DNA of 64,000 nucleotides from NCBI GenBank assembly GCA_964016885.1, contig OZ024743.1:177816001-177880000 (forward strand), written 5' to 3'. The translations under genes and the position numbers were made by a program. Below the pieces are notes generated by a model. The model was not told the DNA's origin. It searched no databases and saw only the letters and a program-made list of their open reading frames with translations. Positions 36,661-51,600 of the stretch are shown here, piece by piece; position 1 is the stretch's first letter, and each line of letters begins with the position of its first letter. Origin of the DNA: Eledone cirrhosa (taxonomy: Eukaryota).

Positions 36661-39600
36661 TCTCTATTATAACAGTGTCATCTATCTATTATAACAGTGT
36701 CATCTATCTATTATAACAGTTCCAGCTATCTATTATAACAGTTCCAACTATCTATTATAACAGTGTCATCTATCTATTATAACAGTGTCAGCTATCTATT
36801 ATAACAGTTCCAACTATCTATTATAACAGTGTCAACTATCTATTATAACAGTTCCAGCTATCTATTATAACAGTGTCATCTATCTATTGTAACAGTGTCA
36901 TCTACCTATTATAACAGTGTCATCTATCTATTATAACAGTGTCATCTATCTATTATAACAGTTCCAGCTATCTATTATAACAGTGTCATCTATCTATTAT
37001 AACAGTGTCATCTATCTATTATAACAGTATCATCTATCTATTATAACAGTGTCATCTATCTATTATAACAGTTCCAGCTATCTATTATAACAGTTCCAAC
37101 TATATATTATAACAGTGTCATCTAGATATTATAACTGTTCCAGCTATCTATTATAACAGTGTCATCTATATATTATAACAGTGTCATCTATCTATTATAA
37201 CAGTGTCATCTATCTATTATAACAGTGTAATCTATCTATTATAACAGTGTCAGCTATCTATTATAACAGTGTCATCTATCTAATATAACAGTGCCATCTA
37301 TCTATTATAACAGTGTCATCTATCTATTATAACAGTGTCATCTATCTATTATAACAGTTCCAGCTACCTATTATAACAGTTCCAGCTATATATTATAACA
37401 GTGTCATCTATCTATTATAACAGTGTCATCTATCTATTATAACAGTTCCATCTATCTATTATAACAGTGTCATCTATATATTATAACAGTGTCATCTATC
37501 TATTATAACAGTTCCAGCTATCTATTATAACAGTGTCATCTATATATTATAACAGTGTCATCTATCTATTATAACAGTGTCATCTATCTATTATAACAGT
37601 GTAATCTATCTATTATAACAGTGTCAGCTATCTATTATAACAGTGTCATCTATCTATTATAACAGTGTCATCTATCTATTATAACAGTGTCAGCTATCTA
37701 TTATAACAGTGTCATCTATCTATTATAACAGTGTCATCTATCTATTATAACAGTGTCATCTATCTAGTATAACAGTGTCATCTATCTATTATAACTGTTC
37801 CAACTATCTATTATAACAGTGTCATCTATCTAATATAACAGTGCCATCTATCTATTATAACAGTTCCAGCAATCTATTGTAACAGTGTCATCTATCTATT
37901 ATAACTGTTCCAACTATCTATTATAACAGTGTCAGCTATCTATTATAACAGTGTCATCTATCTATTATAACAGTGTCATCTATCTATTATAACAGTGTCA
38001 TCTATCTAGTATAACAGAGTCATCTATCTATTATAACTGTTCCAACTATCTATTATAACAGTGTCATCTATCTAATATAACAGTGCCATCTATCTATTAT
38101 AACAGTTCCAGCAATCTATTGTAACAGTGTCATCTATCTATTATAACTGTTCCAACTATCTATTATAACAGTGTCATCTATCTAATATAACAGTGTCATC
38201 TATCTATTATAACAGTTCCAGCAATCTATTGTAACAGTGTCATCTATCTATTATAACTGTTCCAACTATCTATTATAACAGTGTCATCTATCTATTATAA
38301 CAGTGTCATCTATCTATTATAACAGTGTCATCTATCTATTATAACAGTTCCAGCTATCTATTATAACAGTGTCATCTATCTATTATAACAGTTCCAGCTA
38401 TCTATTATAACAGTGTCATCTATCTATTATAACAGTGTCATCTATCTATTATAACAGTGTCATCTATCTATTATAACAGTTCCAGCTATCTATTATAACA
38501 GTTCCAGCTATCTATTATAACAGTGTCATCTATATATTATAACAGTGTCATCTATCTATTATAACAGTTCCAGCTATCTATTATAACAGTTCCAGCTATC
38601 TATTATAACAGTGTCATCTATCTATTATAACAGTTCCAGCTATCTATTATAACAGTGTCATCTATCTATTATAACAGTGTCATCTACCTATTATAACAGT
38701 GTCATCTATCTATTATAACAGTTCAAGCTATCTATTATAACAGTGTCATCTATCTATTATAACAGTGTCATCTACCTATTATAACAGTGTCATCTATCTA
38801 TTATAACAGTTCCAGCTATATTTTATAACAGTGTCATCTATCTATTATAACAGTGTCATCTATCTATTATAACAGTGTCATCTATCTATTATAACAGTGT
38901 CATCTATCTATTATAACAGTGTCATCTATCTATTATAACAGTGTCATCTATCTATTATAACAGTGCCATCTATCTATTATAACAGTGTCATCTACGTATT
39001 ATAACAGTGTCATCTATCATTTATAACACTTCCAGCTATCTATTATAACAGTTCCAGCTACCTATTATAGTAGTGTCATCTATCTATTATAACAGTGTCA
39101 TCTATATATTATAACAGTGTCATCTATCTATTATAACAGTTCCAGCTATCTATTATAACAGTGTCATCTATCTATTATAACAGTGTCATCTATCTATTAT
39201 AACAGTTCCAGCTATCTATTATACCAGTGTCATCTAACTATTATAACAGTTCCAGCTATCTATTATACCAGTGTCATCTATCTATTATAACAGTTCCAGC
39301 TATCTATTATAACAGTGTCATCTATCTATTATAACATTTCCAGCAACCTATTATAACAGTTCCAGCTATCTATTATAACAGTGCCATCTATCTATTATAA
39401 CAGTTCCAGCTATCTATTATAACAATGTCAGCTATCTATTATAACAGTGTCATCTATCTATTATAACAGTTCCAGCTATCTATTATACCAGTGTCATCTA
39501 TCTATTATAACAGTTCCAGCTATCTATTATAACAGTTCCATCTATCTATTATAACAGTGTCATCTATCTATTATAACAGCGTCATCTATCTATTATAACA

Positions 39601-42600
39601 GTTCCAGCAACCTATTATAACAGTTCCAGCTATCTATTATAACAGTGTCATCTATCTATTATAACAGTTCCAGCAACCTATTATAACAGTTCCAGCTATC
39701 TATTATAACAGTTCCAGCAACCTATTATAACAGTTCCAGCTATCTATTATAACAGTTCCAGCAACCTATTATAACAGTTCCAGCTATCTATTATAACAGT
39801 GCCATCTATCTATTATAACAGTTCCAGCTATCTATTATAACAATGTCAGCTATCTATTATACCAGTGTCATCTATCTATTATAACAGTTCCAGCTATCTA
39901 TTATAACAGTGTCATCTATCTATTATAACAGTTCCAGCAACCTATTATAACAGTTCCAGCTATCTATTATAACAGTGTCATCTATCTATTATAACAGTTC
40001 CAGCTATCTATTATAACAGTGTCATCTATCTATTATAACAGTTCCAGCTATCTATTATAACAGTTCCAGCTATCTATTATAACAGTGCCATCTATCTATT
40101 ATAACATTTCCAGCTATCTATTATAACAATGTCAGCTATCTATTATAACAGTGTCATCTATCTATTATAACAGTGTCATCTATCTATTATAACAGTGTCA
40201 TATATTTATTATAATAGTTCCAGCTATCTATTATAACAGTCAGCTATCTAATATAACAGTGTCATCTATCTATTATAACAGTGTCATCTATCTATTATAA
40301 CAGTTCCAGCTATCTATTATAACAGTGTCATCTATCTATTATAACAGTTCCAGCTATCTATTATAACAGTTCCAGCTATCTATTTTAACAGTGTCATCTA
40401 TCTATTATAACAGTTCCAGCAACCTATTATAACAGTGTCATCTATCTTTTATAACACCTCCAGCTATCTATTATAAGAGTGTCATCTATCTACTATAAGA
40501 GTGTCATCTATCTATTATAACAGTGTCATCTATCTATTATAACAGTGTCATATATTTATTATAACAGTTCCAGCTATCTATTATAACATTTCCAGCTATC
40601 TATTATGACAGTGTCATCTATATATTATAACAGTGTCATCTATCTATTATAACAGCGTCATCTATTTATTATAACAGTGTCATCTATCTATTATAACAGT
40701 GTCTTTTATCTATTATAACAGTTCCAGCTATCTATTATAACAGTGTCATCTATCTATTATAACAGTGTCATCTATCTATTATAACAGTTCCAGCTATCTA
40801 TTATAACAGTGTCATCTATCTATTATAACAGTGTCATCTATCTATTATAACAGTGTCATCTATCTATTATAACAGTTCCAGCTATCTATTATAACAGTGT
40901 CATCTATCTATTATAACAGTGTCATCTATCTAGTATAACAGTGTCATCTATCTATTATAACAGTGTCATCTATCTATTATAACAGTGTCATCTATCTATT
41001 ATAACAGTTCCAGCTATCTATTATAACAGTGTCATCTATCTATTATAACAGTTCCAGCTATCTATTATAACAGTTCCAGCTATCTATTATAACAGTTCCA
41101 GCTATCTATTATAACAGTTCCAGCTATCTATTATAACAGTTCCAGCTATCTATTATAACAGTGTCATCTATCTATTATAACAGTGTCATCTATCTATTAT
41201 AACAGTGTCATCTACCTATTATAACAGTTCCAGCTATCTATTATAACAGTGTCATCTATCTATTATAACAGTGTCATCTATCTAGTATAACAGTGTCATC
41301 TATCTATTATAACAGTTCCAGCTATCTATTATAACAGTTCCAGCTATCTATTATAACAGTTCCAGCTATCTATTATAACAGTGTCATCTATCTATTATAA
41401 CAGTTCCGGCTATCTATTATAACAGTGTCATCTATCTATTATAACAGTGTCATCTATCTATTATAACAGTTCCAGCTATCTATTATAACAGTGTCATCTA
41501 TCTATTATAACAGTGTCATCTATCTATTATAACAGTTCCGGCTATCTATTATAACAGTGTCATCTATCTATTATAACAGTGTCATCTATCTATTATAACA
41601 GTTCCAGCTATCTATTATAACAGTGTCATCTATCTATTATAACAGTGTCATCTATCTATTATAACAGTTCCAGCAACCTATTATAACAGTGTCATCTATC
41701 TATTATAACAGTTGCAGCTATCTATTATAACAGTTCCAGCTACCTATTATAACAGTTCTAGATACCTATTATAACAGCTCCAGCTATCTATTATAACAGT
41801 GTCAGCTACCTATTATAACAGTTCCAGCTATCTATTATAACAGTTCCAGCTATCTATTATAACAGTGTCATCTATCTATTATAACAGTGTCATCTATCTA
41901 TTATAACAGTGTCAGCTATCTATTATAACAGTGTCATCTATCTATTATAACAGTGTCATCTATCTATTATAACAGTGTCAGCTACCTATTATAACAGTTC
42001 CAGCTATCTATTATAACAGTGTCAGCTACCTATTATAACAGTTCCAGCTATCTATTATAACAGTTCCAGCTATCTATTATAACAGTGTCATCTATCTATT
42101 ATAACAGTTCCAGCTATGTATTATAACAGTTCCAGCTATCTATTATAACAGTTCCATCTATCTATTATAACAGTTCCACCTACCTATTATAACAGTGTCA
42201 TCTATCTATTATAACAGTGTCAGCTATCTATTATAACAGTGTCAGCTATCTATTATAACAGTGTCATCTATCTATTATAACAGTTCCAGCTATGTATTAT
42301 AACAGTTCCAGCTATCTATTATAACAGTTCCACCTATCTATTATAACATTGTCATCTATCTATTATAACAGTGTCTGCTGTCTATTATAACAGTTCCAGC
42401 TATCTATTATAACAGATCCAGCTACCTATTATAACAGTTCCGGCTATCTTTTATAATAATGTCAGCTACCTATTATAACAGTTCAAGCTATCTAACATAA
42501 CCGTTCCAGCTATCTATTATAACAGTTCCAGCTATCTATTATAACAGTTCCAGCTATCTATTATAACAGTGTCATCTATTTATTATAACAGTGTCATCTA

Positions 42601-45600
42601 GATATTACAACAGTGTCAGCTATCTATTATAACAGTGTCATCTATCTATTACAACAGTGTCAGCTATCTATTATAACAGTGTCATCTACCTATTATAACA
42701 GTGTCTGCTGTCTATTATAACAGTTCCAGCTATCTATTATAACAGTTCCAGCTATCTATTATAACAGTGTCATCTATCTATTATAACAGTATCATATATC
42801 TATTATAACAGTTCCAGCTACCTATTATAACAGTATCATCTATCTATTATAACAGTGTCATCTATCTATTATAACAGTGTCATCTATCTATTATAACAGT
42901 GTCATCTATCTATTATAACAGTTCCAGCTATCTATTATAACAGTTCCAGCTATCTATTATAACAGTGTCATCTATCTATTATAACAGTGTCATCTATCTA
43001 TTATAACAGTTCCAGCTATGTATTATAACAGTTCCAGCTATCTATTATAACAGTGTCATGTATCTATTATAACAGTGTCATCTACCTATTATAACAGTGT
43101 CTGCTGTCTATTATAACAGTTCCAGCTATCTATTATAACAGTTCCAGCTACCTATTATAACAGTTCCAGCTATCTATTATAACAGTGTCATCTATCTATT
43201 ATAACAGTATTATCTATCTATTATAACAGTTCCAGCTACCTATTATAACAGTATCATCTATCTATTATAACAGTGTCATCTATCTATTATAACAGTGTCA
43301 TCTATCTATTATAACAGTGTCATCTATCTATTATAACAGTTCCAGCTATCTATTATAACAGTTCCAGCTATCTATTATAACAGTGTCATCTATCTATTAT
43401 AACAGTGTCATCTATCTATTATAACAGTTCCAGCTATCTATTATAACAGTGTCATGTATCTATTATAACAGTGTCATCTACCTATTATAATAGTGTCTGC
43501 TGTCTATTATAACAGTTCCAGCTATCTATTATAACAGTGTCATCTATCTACTATAACAGTTCCAGCTACCTATTATAATAGTGTCATCTATCTATTATTA
43601 TAGTGTCATCTATATATTATAACAGTTCCAGCTATCTATTATAACAGTGTCATGTATCTATTATAACAGTATCATCTATCTATTATAACAGTGTCATCTA
43701 TCTATTATAACAGTGTCATCTAGCTATTATAACAGTGTCATCTATCTATTATAACAGTGTCATCTATCTATTATAACAGTTCCAGCTATCTATTATAACA
43801 GTTCCAGCTACCTATTATAACAGTTCCAGCTACCTATTATAACAGTTCCAGCTACATATTATTACAGTTCCAGCTATCTATTATAACAGTGTCATCTATC
43901 TATTATAACAGTTCCATCGATCTATTATAACAGTTGCAGCTATCTATTATAACAGTTGCAGCTATCTATTATAACAGTTCCAGCTACCTATTATAACAGT
44001 TCCAGCTATCTATTATAACGGTGTCTTTTATCTATTATAACAGTGTCATCTATATATTATAACAGTGTTATCTATCTATTATAACAGTGTCAGCTATCTA
44101 TTATAACAGTTCCTGCTACCTATTATAACAGTTCCAGCTATCTATTATAACAGTGTCATCTATCTATTATAACAGTGTCATCTATCTATTATAACAGTGT
44201 CATCTATCTATTATAACAGTTCCAGCTATCTATTATAACAGTGTCATCTATCTATTATAACAGTATCATCTATCTATTATAACAGTATCATCTATCTATT
44301 ATAACAGTATCATCTATCTATTATAACACTTCCAGCTATCTATTATAACAGTTCCATCTATCTATTATAACAGTTCCAACTATCTATTATAACAGTGTCA
44401 TCTATCTATTATAACAGTGTCATCTATCTATTATAACAGTTCCAGCTATCTATTATAACAGTGTCATCTATCTATTATAACAGTGTCATCTATCTATTAT
44501 AACAGTGTCATCTATCTATTATAACAGTGTCATCTATCTATTATAACAGTGTCATCTATCTATTATAACAGTATCATCTATCTATTATAACAGTATCATC
44601 TATCTATTATAACAGTTCCAGCTATCTATTATAACAGTGTCATCTATCTATTATAACAGTTCCATCTATCTATTATAACAGTGTCATCTATCTATTATAA
44701 CAGTTCCATCTATCTATTATAACAGTTCCAACTATCTATTATAACAGTTCCAACTATCTATTATAACAGTTCCAGCTATCTATTATAACAGTTCCAACTA
44801 TCTATTATAACAGTTCCAGCTATCTATTATAACAGTGTCATCTATCTATTATAACAGTGTCATCTATCTATTATAACAGTGTCAGCTATCTATTATAACA
44901 GTGTCATCTATCTATTATAACAGTGTCATCTATCTATTATAACAGTTCCATCTATCTATTATAACAGTGTCAGCTATCTATTATAACAGTGTCATCTATC
45001 TATTATAACAGTATCATCTATCTATTATAACAGTGTCATCTATCTATTATAACAGTTCCAGCTATCTATTATAACAGTGTCATCTATCTATTATAACAGT
45101 GTCATCTATCTATTATAACAGTTCCATCTATCTATTATAACAGTGTCATCTATCTATTATAACAGTTCCAGCTATCTATTATAACAGTGTCATCTATCTA
45201 TTATAACAGTGTCATCTATCTATTATAGCAGTGTCATCTATCTATTATAACAGTGTCAGCTATCTATTATAACAGTGTCATCTATCTATTATAACAGTGT
45301 CATCTATCTATTATAACAGTTCCAGCTATCTATTATAACAGTGTCAACTATCTATTATAACAGTGTCATCTATCTATTATAACAGTTCCAGCTATCTATT
45401 ATAACAATGTCATCTATCTATTATAACAGTTCCAGCTATCTATTATAACAGTGTCATCTATCTATTATAACAGTTCCAGCTATCTATTATAACAGTGTCA
45501 TCTATCTATTATAACAGTTCCAGCTATCTATTATAACAGTGTCATCTATCTAGTATAACAGTGTCATCTATCTATTATAACAGTGTCATCTATCTATTAT

Positions 45601-48600
45601 AACAGTTCCATCTATCTATTATAACAGTGTCATCTATCTATTATAACAGTGTCATCTATCTATTATAACAGTGTCAGCTATCTATTATAACAGTGTCATC
45701 TATCTATTATAACAGTATCATCTATCTATTATAACAGTATCATCTATCTATTATAACAGTGTCATCTATCTATTATAACAGTGTCATCTATCTATTATAA
45801 CAGTGTCATCTACCTATTATAACAGTGTCATCTATCTATTATAACAGTTCAAGCTATCTATTATAACAGTGTCATCTATCTAATATAACAGTTCCAGCTA
45901 TCTATTATAACAGTGTCATCTATCTAATATAACAGTTCCAGCTATCTATTATAACAGTTCCATCTATCTATTATAACAGTATCATCTATCTATTATAACA
46001 GTATCATCTATCTATTATAACAGTGTCATCTATCTATTATAACAGTGTCATCTATCTATTATAACAGAGTCATCTACCTATTATAACAGTGTCATCTATC
46101 TATTATAACAGTTCAAGCTATCTATTATAACAGTGTCATCTATCTAATATAACAGTTCCAGCTATCTATTATAACAGTGTCATCTATCTATTATAACAGT
46201 GTCATCTATCTAATATAACAGTTCCAACTATCTATTATAACAGTTCCAACTATCTATTATAACAGTTCCATCTATCTATTATAACAGTTCCAGCTATCTA
46301 TTATAACAGTTCCAGCTATCTATTATAACAGTGTCAACTATCTATTATAACAGTGTCATCTATCTATTATAACGGTATCATCTATCTATTATAACAGTGT
46401 CATCTATCTAATATAACAGTTCCAGCTATCTATTATAACAGTTCCATCTATCTATTATAACAGTTCCAGCTATCTATTATAACAGTTCCAGTTATCTATT
46501 ATAACAGTTCCAGCTATCTATTATAACAGTTCCAGCTATCTATTATAACAGTGTCAACTATCTATTATAACAGTGTCATCTACCTATTATAACAGTGTCA
46601 TCTATCTATTATAACAGTTCCAGCTATCTATTATAACAGTTCCAGCTACCTATTATAACAGTGTCATCTATCTATTATAACAGTGTCATCTATCTATTAT
46701 AACAGTTCCAGCTATCTATTATAACAGTGTCATCTATCTATTATAACAGTTCCAGCTACCTATTATAACAGTTCCAGCTATCTATTATAACAGTTCCAGC
46801 TATCTATTATAACAGTGTCATCTATCTATTATAACAGTTCCAGCTACCTATTATAACAGTTCCAGCTACCTATTATAACAGTTCCAGCTACCTATTATAA
46901 CAGTTCCAGCTATCTATTATAACAGTGTCATGTATCTATTATAACAGTGTCATCTACCTATTATAACAGTGTCTGCTGTCTATTATAACAGTTCCAGCTA
47001 TCTATTATAACAGTTCCAGCTACCTATTATAACAGTTCCAGCTATCTATTATAACAGTGTCATCTATCTATTATAACAGTATTATCTATCTATTATAACA
47101 GTTCCAGCTACCTATTATAACAGTATCATCTATCTATTATAACAGTGTCATCTATCTATTATAACAGTGTCATCTATCTATTATAACAGTGTCATCTATC
47201 TATTATCACAGTTCCAGCTATCTATTATAACAGTTCCAGCTATCTATTATAACAGTGTCATCTATCTATTATAACAGTGTCATCTATCTATTATAACAGT
47301 TCCAGCTATCTATTATAACAGTGTCATGTATCTATTATAACAGTGTCATCTACCTATTATAATAGTGTCTGCTGTCTATTATAACAGTTCCAGCTATCTA
47401 TTATAACAGTGTCATCTATCTACTATAACAGTTCCAGCTACCTATTATAATAGTGTCATCTATCTATTATTATAGTGTCATCTATATATTATAACAGTTC
47501 CAGCTATCTATTATAACAGTGTCATGTATCTATTATAACAGTATCATCTATCTATTATAACAGTGTCATCTATCTATTATAACAGTGTCATCTATCTATT
47601 ATAACAGTGTCATCTATCTATTATTATAGTGTCATCTATCTATTATAACAGTGTCATCTATCTTTTATAACAGTTCCAGCTATCTATTATAACAGTTCCA
47701 GCTATCTATTATAACAGTGTCATCTATCTATTATAACAGTGTCATCTACCTATTATAACAGTGTCATCTATCTATTATAACAGTGTCATCTATCTATTAT
47801 AACAGTTCCAGCTATCTATTATAACAGTTCCAGCTACCTATTATAACAGTTCCAGCTACCTATTATAACAGTTCCAGCTACATATTATTACAGTTCCAGC
47901 TATCTATTATAACAGTGTCATCTATCTATTATAACAGTTCCATCGATCTATTATAACAGTTGCAGCTATCTATTATAACAGTTCCAGCTATCTATTATAA
48001 CAGTTCCAGCTATCTATTATAACAGTTGCAGCTATCTATTATAACAGTTCCAGCTACCTATTATAACAGTTCCAGCTATCTATTATAACGGTGTCTTTTA
48101 TCTATTATAACAGTGTCATCTATATATTATAACAGTGTCATCTATCTATTATAACAGTGTCAGCTATCTATTATAACAGTTCCTGCTACCTATTATAACA
48201 GTTCCAGCTATCTATTATAACAGTGTCATCTATCTATTATAACAGTGTCATCTATCTATTATAACAGTGTCATCTATCTATTATAACAGTTCCAGCTATC
48301 TATTATAACAGTGTCATCTATCTATTATAACAGTATCATCTATCTATTATAACAGTATCATCTATCTATTATAACAGTATCATCTATCTATTATAACAGT
48401 ATCATCTATCTATTATAACACTTCCAGCTATCTATTATAACAGTTCCATCTATCTATTATAACAGTTCCAGCTACCTATTATAACAGTATCATCTATCTA
48501 TTATAACAGTATCATCTATCTATTATAACAGTATCATCTATCTATTATAACACTTCCAACTATCTATTATAACACTTCCAACTATCTATTATAACAGTTC

Positions 48601-51600
48601 CAACTATCTATTATAACAGTTCCAGCTATCTATTATAACAGTTCCAACTATCTATTATAACAGTTCCAGCTATCTATTATAACAGTGTCATCTATCTATT
48701 ATAACAGTGTCATCTATCTATTATAACAGTGTCAGCTATCTATTATAACAGTGTCATCTATCTATTATAACAGTGTCATCTATCTATTATAACAGTTCCA
48801 TCTATCTATTATAACAGTGTCAGCTATCTATTATAACAGTGTCATCTATCTATTATAACAGTATCATCTATCTATTATAACAGTGTCATCTATCTATTAT
48901 AACAGTTCCAGCTATCTATTATAACAGTGTCATCTATCTATTATAACAGTGTCATCTATCTATTATAACAGTTCCATCTATCTATTATAACAGTGTCATC
49001 TATCTATTATAACAGTTCCAGCTATCTATTATAACAGTGTCATCTATCTATTATAACAGTGTCATCTATCTATTATAACAGTGTCATCTATCTATTATAA
49101 CAGTGTCAGCTATCTATTATAACAGTGTCATCTATCTATTATAACAGTGTCATCTATCTATTATAACAGTTCCAGCTATCTATTATAACAGTGTCAACTA
49201 TCTATTATAACAGTGTCATCTATCTATTATAACAGTTCCAGCTATCTATTATAACAGTGTCATCTATCTATTATAACAGTTCCAGCTATCTATTATAACA
49301 GTGTCATCTATCTATTATAACAGTTCCAGCTATCTATTATAACAGTGTCATCTATCTATTATAACAGTTCCAGCTATCTATTATAACAGTGTCATCTATC
49401 TATTAAAACAGTGTCATCTATCTATTATAACAGTGTCATCTATCTATTATAACAGTATCATCTATCTATTATAACAGTATCATCTATCTATTATAACAGT
49501 GTCATCTATCTATTATAACAGTGTCATCTATCTATTATAACAGTGTCATCTACCTATTATAACAGTGTCATCTATCTATTATAACAGTGTCATCTATCTA
49601 TTATAACAGTTCCAGCTATCTATTATAACAGTTCCAGCTACCTATTATAACAGTTCCAGCTACCTATTATAACAGTTCCAGCTACATATTATTACAGTTC
49701 CAGCTATCTATTATAACAGTGTCATCTATCTATTATAACAGTTCCATCGATCTATTATAACAGTTGCAGCTATCTATTATAACAGTTCCAGCTATCTATT
49801 ATAACAGTTCCAGCTATCTATTATAACAGTTGCAGCTATCTATTATAACAGTTCCAGCTACCTATTATAACAGTTCCAGCTATCTATTATAACGGTGTCT
49901 TTTATCTATTATAACAGTGTCATCTATATATTATAACAGTGTCATCTATCTATTATAACAGTGTCAGCTATCTATTATAACAGTTCCTGCTACCTATTAT
50001 AACAGTTCCAGCTATCTATTATAACAGTGTCATCTATCTATTATAACAGTGTCATCTATCTATTATAACAGTGTCATCTATCTATTATAACAGTTCAAGC
50101 TATCTATTATAACAGTGTCATCTATCTATTATAACAGTATCATCTATCTATTATAACAGTATCATCTATCTATTATAACAGTATCATCTATCTATTATAA
50201 CAGTATCATCTATCTATTATAACACTTCCAGCTATCTATTATAACAGTTCCATCTATCTATTATAACAGTTCCAGCTACCTATTATAACAGTATCATCTA
50301 TCTATTATAACAGTATCATCTATCTATTATAACAGTATCATCTATCTATTATAACACTTCCAACTATCTATTATAACAGTTCCAACTATCTATTATAACA
50401 GTTCCAACTATCTATTATAACAGTTCCAGCTATCTATTATAACAGTTCCAACTATCTATTATAACAGTTCCAGCTATCTATTATAACAGTGTCATCTATC
50501 TATTATAACAGTGTCATCTATCTATTATAACAGTGTCAGCTATCTATTATAACAGTGTCATCTATCTATTATAACAGTGTCATCTATCTATTATAACAGT
50601 TCCATCTATCTATTATAACAGTGTCAGCTATCTATTATAACAGTGTCATCTATCTATTATAACAGTATCATCTATCTATTATAACAGTGTCATCTATCTA
50701 TTATAACAGTTCCAGCTATCTATTATAACAGTGTCATCTATCTATTATAACAGTGTCATCTATCTATTATAACAGTTCCATCTATCTATTATAACAGTGT
50801 CATCTATCTATTATAACAGTTCCAGCTATCTATTATAACAGTGTCATCTATCTATTATAACAGTGTCATCTATCTATTATAACAGTGTCATCTATCTATT
50901 ATAACAGTGTCAGCTATCTATTATAACAGTGTCATCTATCTATTATAACAGTGTCATCTATCTATTATAACAGTTCCAGCTATCTATTATAACAGTGTCA
51001 ACTATCTATTATAACAGTGTCATCCATCTATTATAACAGTTCCAGCTATCTATTATAACAGTGTCATCTATCTATTATAACAGTTCCAGCTATCTATTAT
51101 AACAGTGTCATCTATCTATTATAACAGTTCCAGCTATCTATTATAACAGTGTCATCTATCTATTATAACAGTTCCAGCTATCTATTATAACAGTGTCATC
51201 TATCTATTAAAACAGTGTCATCTATCTATTATAACAGTGTCATCTATCTATTATAACAGTATCATCTATCTATTATAACAGTATCATCTATCTATTATAA
51301 CAGTGTCATCTATCTATTATAACAGTGTCATCTATCTATTATAACAGTGTCATCTACCTATTATAACAGTGTCATCTATCTATTATAACAGTTCAAGCTA
51401 TCTATTATAACAGTGTCATCTATCTAATATAACAGTTCCAGCTATCTATTATAACAGTGTCATCTATCTAATATAACAGTTCCAGCTATCTATTATAACA
51501 GTGTCATCTATCTAATATAACAGTTCCAGCTATCTATTATAACAGTGTCATCTATCTAATATAACAGTTCCAGCTATCTATTATAACAGTGTCATCTATC

